Assembly: GCA_036402055.1 (NCBI GenBank)
Contig: DASWTQ010000297.1
Span: 1 to 59,899 of the forward strand
DNA from: Herpetosiphonaceae bacterium
GTDB lineage: Bacteria > Chloroflexota > Chloroflexia > Chloroflexales > Kallotenuaceae
DNA: 59,899 nucleotides
Reading direction: 5' to 3'
A program made the position numbers and the translations under genes. The notes under the pieces are model-generated. The model did not search any database and was not told where the DNA came from. It saw nothing but the letters and a program-made list of their open reading frames with translations. Below, piece by piece: positions 24,539 through 32,746 of the stretch; the stretch's first letter is position 1, and each line of letters opens with the position of its first letter.

Positions 24539-25138
24539 ATGGTTAATGGCATCGGCCGATCGGCATTAATGCTCCTGGTAATTGGGCTGTTCTTTATCAC
24601 GGATCTGCTCATGGCGTGGCGATTTGACCGCTTGCGTACGGCGGACGGCAGTAGCCAAAATTGGGGCTATATGCTGTTTGCGCTGATCCTGGGCGGGGTG
24701 CTCCTGGTACAACCGGTGATATGGCCATGGCTTGGAATCGCCAGCACAGCGCTCTGGGGGCTGGCGCTGCAAGTGCTGGGGCTAGGGCTTGCGCTCGCCG
24801 CCCTCGCCATCAATGCGTGGAGCCGCGCGCATCTCGGCGTGTGGTACGCGCAACGTGGAGAAATTCAACCCGGTCATCAACTGATTACGACCGGCCCCTA
24901 TGCCACGGTCCGGCATCCGATTTTCTCCAGCTACTTCTTGCTGACGCTTGGCCTCGCGCTCGTCAATCCCTCGGTGCTGATGCTAGTCGTGCTGGGGTAC
25001 ACGCTCGGGGAGTTTACGCGCAATGCACACCGAGACGAGCAGTTGCTGCTGGCCCACTTCCCTGCCTATCATATGTATATGCAGCAGACCGGACGCTTTT
25101 GGCCGCGCTCGGGTCGACGGCAGCGCGATCCTTCGTAA
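24539..25138 (+). CDS. ICMT/PEMT-like membrane methyltransferase family protein
   Basis: The ORF-track frame begins at GTG 24494. ATG 24539 (MVNGIGRS) has GAGGTG upstream. The protein has several TM segments and the family-like motif TGPYATVRHPIFSSYFLLTLG. Confidence 0.55.
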   Translation: MVNGIGRSALMLLVIGLFFITDLLMAWRFDRLRTADGSSQNWGYMLFALILGGVLLVQPVIWPWLGIASTALWGLALQVLGLGLALAALAINAWSRAHLGVWYAQRGEIQPGHQLITTGPYATVRHPIFSSYFLLTLGLALVNPSVLMLVVLGYTLGEFTRNAHRDEQLLLAHFPAYHMYMQQTGRFWPRSGRRQRDPS

Positions 25139-25432
25139 TCACATCCGATGGTGAGAGGATGGCACACGGAGAAGTGTCCAGGCCGCAACCAAGCCGCCAC
25201 ACACCCAGCGGGCACTGGCTGCGAAAGCCGGATTCGAGCGGTGGTGCGGCGGAGGCGCCTCGTGTTTGGTAGGCTGTTCGTCGGGGATCGCGCCGTCGGG
25301 CAAGCTTGTGCCTGCTGTATCACGTCCTCATAGGATCGTACCCTGACCAGTGCGCGCCTATGTCAGGAGTATGCAGTTCGATCCACGAGAGCGTACAGGC
25401 AACGGTGCCGATGATCCGCTCTGTACTTGTGG

Positions 25433-25997
25433 CTACTCGCCGATTCCCGGACCTCGTTGCTTACCACCAGCTTGGAATGATGTGACTTCTGATGCCGCTT
25501 GAATATTGGTGAGGATTTCGCCAGGAATGGCTTGCGATGGTCGCGTCGTCATCGGGTAGAACTGCGCAGGATCAAGTTTCGGTGTGTGGTCGGCGCGCAG
25601 CAAGCCGTTCGTTTCCTGCTCCGTATCCGTGAGTTGGGTGTAGCAAAATCCAGCGATCGCTGGGCTGTCGAGAAAGGTGTCCATTGACCCAGACCTGGAC
25701 TAGATAATCAACTACGCCAAAATGGAGCAGGAGACCCTGCTGGCGGTCCGCTGCGTCCAGCGTGAAGGTCCGACGATACCAGACCACGGGATGATCGTCG
25801 GTTTCGCCGAGGCCGATCGCCGTGGATTCGGGAGGAAACGGCACCATAATCGTGCGGTCAAAACCATCCGGCTTCCCCATCCATCCCTGAGAAAGTCCTC
25901 TATTTTTGTCATCATAAGCGAACTGCCACGCACCGCACAGGTCGATCCAGCGATTGCGGGTAAGTTGTGGACGCGAATGATTGTCGTCACGCTGCAC
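25433..25997 (-). pseudogene. Glycoside hydrolase family 2 remnant (N-terminal sugar-binding part fused out of frame to the extreme C-terminus)
   Basis: Frame A (25997 down to about 25677) reads WQFAYDD...FDRTIMVPFPPES...HPVVWYRRTFTL...[19 protein letters not shown], a typical GH2 N-terminal domain. At about 25680 the sense switches frame to [36 protein letters not shown], a typical GH2 C-terminal tail. The whole catalytic core is missing. Confidence 0.55.
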
Positions 25998-26409
25998 AGG
26001 ATGATCCTTTCGGCCTCGTCACGAATCATAAGTAGAGTATCACGATCGAGGTGACTGGGCAGGTTCTAGAAAGACGCCGATCCACCTATTGCGCTCCCCT
26101 CATCGTCTCCGACTCGCCGCCGCCCGCAGATTGTTCTTGGTCGGTTTGCCGTACTTCAGTATCGTTGCAACCCGGCTAGAGGATCTGCATGATCGCAGCC
26201 GGGGTCGCCGTTTTCCACAGGCGATAGGGGAGGCAGGTGCAGTTGATGCGGACTGACCAGGCCAGCTGCTCACGAGCATCAGATTCTCCATACGGCCATC
26301 ATCGGTCTGTCAATCGCTCGCCCTACCGCCAGCAACGGCGATCCGTTACGATGCTCAGGCAATAAAACCCTGCCGCAGCAACACTTGCATCAAGAGAGCA
26401 TCCCTGAGC

Positions 26410-28224
26410 ATGCGGCCCGAGAAATGGAGGCTTCCAGTGTCACATCGCCATGCCATGCGCGTCGTCGCCTTGCTTGTTGTTGTATGGCTTAGTCTACCCT
26501 GGTCTGCTTCGGCCCAAGCCGAGCGCCGCTGGCTGGCCGATCCGGCCTTGCTGGTTGGACAACGAACCGTCGGGCCAGGCGGCTCACGCCAATTTCTAGA
26601 TACGATTGCCGATCTCTATGTGCAGAACAGCACCAGCGGCTGGGCGTTAAGCAGCACCGGGATACTGCGCTATGATGGTCGTCACTGGCGGCTCTATAAC
26701 CGCACGCCGAGCACCACCTTTCTCAACGCGCTTGATTTCGCTCAGCCCCAGGAAGGCTGGCTGGTCGGCAGCACGACGAGCAACATCGGTCGGAGCACAC
26801 CGCCGATCGACACGATCATCGTCAACCATTGGGACGGCACCCAGTGGGGCAGCCCCGCGCCGATCACCCCGAAGCCTGGCTCAACCTATGATCCGCTGCG
26901 CGGCTCGCTCGGCGATGTAGTCACGATCGACAACCGCACTGCGTTGGCCGTCGGTTACCAGCGCGACGATCACAGCAAGCCGATCCGGCCACTCGCCCTC
27001 GCCTTCGACGGCACAGCCTGGCGGGATATCTCCGATGCGCGCTGGACGACAGGACGGTTGACCGGCATCACGATGGTGAGCCGCACGGAAGGCTGGATCA
27101 CGGGCAGCTTTGAGCAAGCCAATGGGTCGCCGCGACCGGTGATCTTGCACTACAAAGACGGAATCTGGACCGAAGCATCGCTGCCGGCCATGCCTGCGGA
27201 TCTCCACTGGGCGATGGCAAGCAACATCACCATGCGCGATGCATCCGAAGGCTGGGCGCTCTTGGAGGATTATCGTGCCGTGTGTACCAGGACTACATTC
27301 CTGCACTACACCAGTGGGCGCTGGACGATCGTTCCGCCCGAGACCTACGGCCACGATCCCATTATTGCGTTCGGCATGATCCCTGGAACCAACAAGGGCT
27401 GGGCAACCCAAAGCGGCTGCCGGGAAGGTACACCCAGCCAACCCAATCGACGCCTGCGCTTCGATCAAGGAACGTTTACGCTGGACGTGGGAGGCGCGCA
27501 GCTTGCGCCAACGCGCTACGCACTGAAGAGCGAGCAGATCCAGTGGGGCGCAGCAAACGGATCGATCATGCGCTACAGCAGCGAAGTATTGCCTACGGCA
27601 CGAGTTGCGAATTCGGGTCGCGAACGCTACTTCGAAACCACCGGTCACACACTCTCCGGGGCCTTCCGCCGCTACTACGAGTCGCACGGCCTGGAGCTAG
27701 GCGATCGCGGCATCTCGGCGCGCGAGTCGCTGGCGCTCTTTGGCTATCCGCTCAGCGAGCCGTTCGAGGAGGTCAATCCCGACACCGGCCAAGTGCTTCA
27801 GGTGCAGTACTTTGAGCGTGCGCGGATGGAATATCATCCCGATAATCCCGAGCCGTACACGGTGCTGCTTGGTCGGCTGACCGTCCCGAACCTGTTGCGG
27901 CGTACCAATAATAGCGAGCCGCAGCCCGGCTTCCCCGCTGGACCGGTGGGATCGGATTGCGAGCGCTTTGAGGCTACGGGCTACGATCTTTGCCCGCCGC
28001 TGCGCTCGTTCTGGAACAGGAACGGTGGTCTGCCGGTCTTTGGCTATCCGATCACAGCCGCGCGCGAGGAGGTCAGCCAGACCGATGGCGCAACGTACGT
28101 GACCCAGTATTTCGAGCGTGAGCGGCTCGAATATCATCCTGAGCAGCGCGACACGCCGTACGAGACGCTGCTGGGCTTACTCGGTGCCGAAGAGCTACGC
28201 ACGCGCGGATACCTTCCCTACTGA
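26410..28224 (+). CDS. Secreted repeat protein of unknown function
   Basis: 604 aa. The signal-like segment is MRVVALLVVVWLSLPWSASAQA (an alternative start at 26455 is possible). Recurrent (S/T/Q)EGW motifs (QEGWLVGS, TEGWITGS, SEGWALLE, NKGWATQS) suggest a beta-propeller. There are two C-terminal copies of a roughly 60-aa unit ending YFERARMEYHP / YFERERLEYHP. Confidence 0.65.
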   Translation: MRPEKWRLPVSHRHAMRVVALLVVVWLSLPWSASAQAERRWLADPALLVGQRTVGPGGSRQFLDTIADLYVQNSTSGWALSSTGILRYDGRHWRLYNRTPSTTFLNALDFAQPQEGWLVGSTTSNIGRSTPPIDTIIVNHWDGTQWGSPAPITPKPGSTYDPLRGSLGDVVTIDNRTALAVGYQRDDHSKPIRPLALAFDGTAWRDISDARWTTGRLTGITMVSRTEGWITGSFEQANGSPRPVILHYKDGIWTEASLPAMPADLHWAMASNITMRDASEGWALLEDYRAVCTRTTFLHYTSGRWTIVPPETYGHDPIIAFGMIPGTNKGWATQSGCREGTPSQPNRRLRFDQGTFTLDVGGAQLAPTRYALKSEQIQWGAANGSIMRYSSEVLPTARVANSGRERYFETTGHTLSGAFRRYYESHGLELGDRGISARESLALFGYPLSEPFEEVNPDTGQVLQVQYFERARMEYHPDNPEPYTVLLGRLTVPNLLRRTNNSEPQPGFPAGPVGSDCERFEATGYDLCPPLRSFWNRNGGLPVFGYPITAAREEVSQTDGATYVTQYFERERLEYHPEQRDTPYETLLGLLGAEELRTRGYLPY

Positions 28225-28276
28225 GCAAAGCGTGTACTGTAGGCTACCGGAGCGCGCCGCCAGCGGGTGCCACGCG

Positions 28277-28313
28277 CAGGCGGGCAGTTCGTCGCTTATG
28301 GACTGCCCGCCTG
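28277..28313. terminator. 12-bp perfect hairpin between convergent genes
   Basis: CAGGCGGGCAGT (28277-28288), a 13-nt loop, then ACTGCCCGCCTG (28302-28313), followed by TGGTTTA on the plus strand. It lies between the stop at 28224 (plus) and the stop at 28360 (minus). Confidence 0.4.
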
Positions 28314-28359
28314 TGGTTTAGATCCACCCGCCGTCTACGGCATCTATTTTAGGCTTCCT

Positions 28360-31300
28360 TCACCTTGCTGGCCGGCCGGCTGTATCTGTCGAGAACTCAA
28401 AGCCACGCCGTACGAGCGTCACGTCGCCGATCGAGAATGGGAACTGAGCTGCCAGTGACTCTAATGGACGTGGTGCGATGCCCGCATTCTCCGGTAATCC
28501 ATAGGAGCGATCAACTGCGGTTACTTCGAGCTGAGCGGCGCCCTTGAACTGCACTTCTAGCTCAATACCCTCACGCGGCACCCGGAAATATGTCAGCTCC
28601 CACCACGACTTGCGCTTATACCCGGCCTGAATGTCGCCAATCGGCCGATCGTTGACGGTAGCGCTGATGACCTCCAGATCCTTGCCGAGCGTGATCCGCA
28701 TAATAGGCGCGTGTCGCGGCGAGACCAGTCGCAGGCGCATCGTGCGCAGGCCATTGCTTTCGCTTTCGTGCAGCAGTGTTACCTCCGGCCCTGCCAATGC
28801 CAGCGGCGGCGCATCGTGCTGCAATGGCGTCCACTGCGGAGAGGCTGGAAACACTGACGGCAAGGGCGCGTACTCCGCCTCGACCATCGCCTGACTGAGC
28901 CAGGGATCGAGCACATCGCTCTCGGATACCCAGCGCGCCTGACGAGTGTCTGCATCCAGCGCGTAGAACAGGTTGGTCGTCTGTGGACGCGCGGCGTTAA
29001 ATCCAGATGTGAGGCTGCCATAGACGAGTCCCGCCGATGCGATGGCCAGACCGCCACCCCAGACGATCCGCTCATATGACAGGCTGATCAGGCGCAGCGG
29101 AACAATCAGCAGGCCCAGCAGCAACATGACGCAGAAGCCGGTCACTGTCGAGAAATTGGTTCCCAGCGTAATCGAAAGCTGGAGCAGCGTCGGAAAAAGC
29201 AGGATGATGCCGGGAACTGCCGCCAGCGCCGCCAGCGCGGCTTGACCGATTGTCGGACGCTCCCACGGCGCAGGCTGGCGGAAGAGCAGACCGAGCCCGA
29301 TGGTCATACCGATCAGTGGGATCATAAACAGGTAGCTTACGCCCGGCACGGCTACGGCGGCGACGATCATCAGGCTTAGCCACGGCACAAGCGCGCCGGT
29401 CGCGAGATCGAGCAGGGTGAGCCGACGGAAGAGCCAGCCATAGGTCACCACGCCCAGCGCGACGGTCAGGCTGATAAAGGCAACCCGATACGTTTGGTTG
29501 TTGTACACATCGAGCAATGCCCCACGATAGCCCGGATGGATCATCAGGATGACCTGCCAGATCAGCGCGATGCTCACGACTGGGATAATCGTAGCGCCGA
29601 GGAATGCCAGGGCGCTGATGCCAACACCGCGATAGGTGAGATGCTTGCGCCGTGCTCCCAGGATCAGCACTGCCGCGAACAACACGACGACGATCGCCGC
29701 CAGCGGCATGACCCAACTTGTCGGATAATAGATCAGCGCGCTCTGAAGGATGTCGAAATACACCATGTCCGGCTGCGGCTGTGGACGCGCGTCGAGCATT
29801 CCCAGCGTGCGAGTCAGAGCCAGCGCGTAGGAGCCGTGGTGCTGCACGCTGCGCAGATCGACGCGATCGGGCGTATCCAGCCGGCTCTGGTAGTAGGGAT
29901 AGCCGTCGAGGTAGGCAAAGTTGAGGCCGCTCCACCCGGCACGCTTGAAAATCGTAAAGTCCGTTTGAAACGGCAGCCGGCGATAAACCTCGTTGGTCAG
30001 CGAGTTGCCGAACGGCTGTGGTGTGCGCGCAAAGATCGGGATTATCCCGCCGTTGTCGGTGTTCGTCTCGTACATCATCGACGGGCCGGTGCTGCCGCGC
30101 GAGTCGAAGTTCAGCGCGATGCCGCCGCCTGCTGCCCAGCGGTGCTCGTCAATAAACGCCTGCACACCGATCGAGCCGATCTCCTCGCCATCCGAGAAAA
30201 GAATGATCACATCGTTTTTGAGCGGCGGCCCGGCTTTGAGCGCGCGTACCGTTTCGAGCACCACGCCGGTAGACACGCCGTTATCGTTCGCGCCATAGCT
30301 GCCGGGCGGCGAGTCGTAGTGGGCTACCAGCACCACCGGAAAGCTGCTCTGCGTGCCGGGCAACCGTCCGACCACGTTGAACGCTGTGCCGGCGACGTTG
30401 CCGCCGCCCAGCACATTGCCCACGACCGCAGTTGCTTGCTGAACCTCGGTCTCCACGCCCAGCGCTTGCAGCTGCGCCACCAGATACTCACGAATCTGAT
30501 CCTGCTCCGGTGTGCCAATCGGATGTGTGGTTTGGCTGATCGAGGTAACATTGGGCAGTATCCGCTCAGCCGAAAACTCTGTCGCCGGTGAACTGGCGGG
30601 CAGGGCGGACGGTGCGCGCAGGCTCAGAACGCCCGCCGCGAGCGCCACGACGACGATCGCCAGCGCCGTGAGCCGGGCTGGTGCTGCGATCGCCAGGCTC
30701 GGCAGGGCTGGTGCTACTCGCGTTTTGCGGTTGAACTTGCGCCGGTAATACAGCCCCCAGATGAAGGCTCCGATCCCAAAGCCGAAGCCGGGTAGCACCC
30801 ACAGCAGCCAGACATACTCGATCGGTACCAGGCGGAAGCCGTTAACGGCGGTGAAGGCGACCAGCGCGCTGCCGTATGAATTGACCATCGCGTCGAGATG
30901 GTGAAACCACCACCACTGCTTCTGTTTGGATGGCCTGAGAAACCGCACAATGTCGGCGATGGCCCAGTAGCAGGTGTAGATCCCGAGCCAGGTTCCCAGC
31001 ACCGCCAGCGACACCACTTTTTCCGCCCCAACCCGCTCGGCCAGCTCCGGCGACCAGAACGGGCTAGACGACCACCAGATCCAGACCAGGCCGCTGATCA
31101 GCGCCCCGAGCGCCATAGCCCAATCCAGGAGCCTGCGCCGGCCGCTGCTCTTCGACGATTTGAGCGCGATCGCGCGGGTGCCGGTGTACGCCTGATAAAA
31201 GGCCAGATTTGCGGCAAAAAAGATAAACAGCGAGCTGCGGAAGAAAATCTGGACGATCTGGGCAGTGATGAAGATGACGAACATCGACCAGAAATAGATC

Positions 31301-31437
31301 TGGCCCCACCGGCGATGGTTAGCGCCGCCTTTGTGCGTCACCATCGGAATAATGCCGGCCAGCAGCGCCAGGCATCCGGCGATAATATGAATAAAGATCA
31401 GGGAATGGTCGATCAGCTCGGTCACACTGAAGTTCAT
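28360..31437 (-). CDS. Polytopic membrane protein with an M28-family metallopeptidase domain
   Basis: The ORF-track frame starts at 31467. ATG 31437 (MNFSVTELID) lies 4 nt after the MFS stop, with GGGAGAA upstream. The N-terminal TM bundle is followed by an M28 core at about nt 29790-30570 (VLVAHYDSPPGSYGANDNGVSTG, ILFSDGEEIGSIGVQAF). Many further TM segments and a C-terminal soluble region follow. Confidence 0.8.
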   Translation of the reverse strand: MNFSVTELIDHSLIFIHIIAGCLALLAGIIPMVTHKGGANHRRWGQIYFWSMFVIFITAQIVQIFFRSSLFIFFAANLAFYQAYTGTRAIALKSSKSSGRRRLLDWAMALGALISGLVWIWWSSSPFWSPELAERVGAEKVVSLAVLGTWLGIYTCYWAIADIVRFLRPSKQKQWWWFHHLDAMVNSYGSALVAFTAVNGFRLVPIEYVWLLWVLPGFGFGIGAFIWGLYYRRKFNRKTRVAPALPSLAIAAPARLTALAIVVVALAAGVLSLRAPSALPASSPATEFSAERILPNVTSISQTTHPIGTPEQDQIREYLVAQLQALGVETEVQQATAVVGNVLGGGNVAGTAFNVVGRLPGTQSSFPVVLVAHYDSPPGSYGANDNGVSTGVVLETVRALKAGPPLKNDVIILFSDGEEIGSIGVQAFIDEHRWAAGGGIALNFDSRGSTGPSMMYETNTDNGGIIPIFARTPQPFGNSLTNEVYRRLPFQTDFTIFKRAGWSGLNFAYLDGYPYYQSRLDTPDRVDLRSVQHHGSYALALTRTLGMLDARPQPQPDMVYFDILQSALIYYPTSWVMPLAAIVVVLFAAVLILGARRKHLTYRGVGISALAFLGATIIPVVSIALIWQVILMIHPGYRGALLDVYNNQTYRVAFISLTVALGVVTYGWLFRRLTLLDLATGALVPWLSLMIVAAVAVPGVSYLFMIPLIGMTIGLGLLFRQPAPWERPTIGQAALAALAAVPGIILLFPTLLQLSITLGTNFSTVTGFCVMLLLGLLIVPLRLISLSYERIVWGGGLAIASAGLVYGSLTSGFNAARPQTTNLFYALDADTRQARWVSESDVLDPWLSQAMVEAEYAPLPSVFPASPQWTPLQHDAPPLALAGPEVTLLHESESNGLRTMRLRLVSPRHAPIMRITLGKDLEVISATVNDRPIGDIQAGYKRKSWWELTYFRVPREGIELEVQFKGAAQLEVTAVDRSYGLPENAGIAPRPLESLAAQFPFSIGDVTLVRRGFEFSTDTAGRPAR

Positions 31438-31441
31438 AGTG

Positions 31442-32746
31442 CTATTCTCCCTGCGCGGGTGTGTCAATCGATCGCAGCTGTGGATAAAGGTAGCCGATGA
31501 GCGTGGCGGCCAGCGGGACGATGCTCGCGCCCAGCAACATCAGCGCAACGCCGCGTCCTTCGCCGACGCCGATCACGGCGCCGACGCTGCCGGCCAGCGC
31601 GCCGTTCGGCATCAACAGCGGCTCGAAGACCTGGTCTGCCAGCGGCCCGACGACAAGATAGGTGGTCGGCAAGGTCGAGGAGCTGATCAGATAGCGGATG
31701 CTGAAGACCCGCCCCTGCAAATCCGGCTCGACCTGCTGCGACCAGATGGCCTGGTTGCAAGCGCTCAGCAGGGGAAAGCCTGCCAGCCCGATGAAGGCGG
31801 CCAGCGCGATCAGCGGCTCCCACGGGCGCAGACTGACCAGGATCAGACTCAGGCCGAGTAACAGGCCAAACGCGAAGACACCGGTGATCCGCCGGCGTGG
31901 CCCGCCCCACATGGCGAGAACGATTCCGCTCAACAGGGCTCCGCCGCCACCGGCCGAGAGAATCAGGCCCAGCTGCCGCTCGGACGTGAAGCTGAGCACC
32001 AGCGGCGACAAGAGCACTTGAAACACGCCAAACGCGAACATGATCGCCGTGACATACATCAGCAGCGCGAATAATCCGGGCCGCGCACGAATATAAGTCC
32101 AGCCATAACGCGCCTCGTGCCAGATCGAGCCGGCTGCGCGCGCGCCCTCCGCTGTTCGTTCCGGCGGCGGCAGCTGAACCAGCAGCAAGGAGCCGACGGC
32201 AAACGCAAACGAGAGCAGATCCAGCAGCAGGAGCCCACGCAGCGAGAGCAGCGCGATCAGCGCGCCGGCCATCAACGGCGCGACCGCCTCCGATAGCGCC
32301 TGGGCGGTCTGGATCATGCCGCTGGCGCGACCAATCTGGGATTTTGGTACCAGCACCGGCACGCTGGCAATGAAGGCCGTCCACTGAAAGATGTTGGTGC
32401 TTGATAGCAGCGTGACACCCAGGTAGATATGCCACAGCGCCAGCTGCTCGGCGTACACCAGGCCGAGCAGCAGCAGCACGACTCCCGCCGCGATGCTGTT
32501 GCAGGCGATCATGATGCGCTGGCGATCCCAGCGATCGATCAGCGCGCCGGCCAAGGGTAGCACCGCGCCACCCGGCAGAATCGCGCACAGCGAGATCAGC
32601 GTAAAACTTGTAACCGAGCCGGTCTGCTGATACACCCACACGCCGAGCGCAAAGCGCGTCAGCCCCGAGCCGATCAGCGAGACAAGCTGGCCCAGCCAGA
32701 GGATGCTGAACGCTGGAATGCCCTGTCGCCAGGTTGCCGCTCTCAT
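31442..32746 (-). CDS. MFS transporter (EntS/MFS_3-like, putative product exporter)
   Basis: 434 aa with about 12 hydrophobic segments. The N-terminus is FSILWLGQLVSLIGSGLTRFALGVWVYQQTGS. The start ATG overlaps the NRPS stop as ATGA (32743-32746). Confidence 0.75.
   Translation of the reverse strand: MRAATWRQGIPAFSILWLGQLVSLIGSGLTRFALGVWVYQQTGSVTSFTLISLCAILPGGAVLPLAGALIDRWDRQRIMIACNSIAAGVVLLLLGLVYAEQLALWHIYLGVTLLSSTNIFQWTAFIASVPVLVPKSQIGRASGMIQTAQALSEAVAPLMAGALIALLSLRGLLLLDLLSFAFAVGSLLLVQLPPPERTAEGARAAGSIWHEARYGWTYIRARPGLFALLMYVTAIMFAFGVFQVLLSPLVLSFTSERQLGLILSAGGGGALLSGIVLAMWGGPRRRITGVFAFGLLLGLSLILVSLRPWEPLIALAAFIGLAGFPLLSACNQAIWSQQVEPDLQGRVFSIRYLISSSTLPTTYLVVGPLADQVFEPLLMPNGALAGSVGAVIGVGEGRGVALMLLGASIVPLAATLIGYLYPQLRSIDTPAQGE

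Noticed and set aside
25376-25384. GTTCGATCC, a tRNA T-loop-like string in the intergenic region after the ICMT-like gene.
   Set aside because: The flanking bases (TGCAG / CACGA) cannot form a T-stem, and no acceptor or anticodon arms can be drawn.
26100-26291. 63-aa minus-strand ORF between the GH2 remnant and the secreted repeat protein.
   Set aside because: It has no recognisable similarity or RBS. It could be further gene debris, but I cannot support that.
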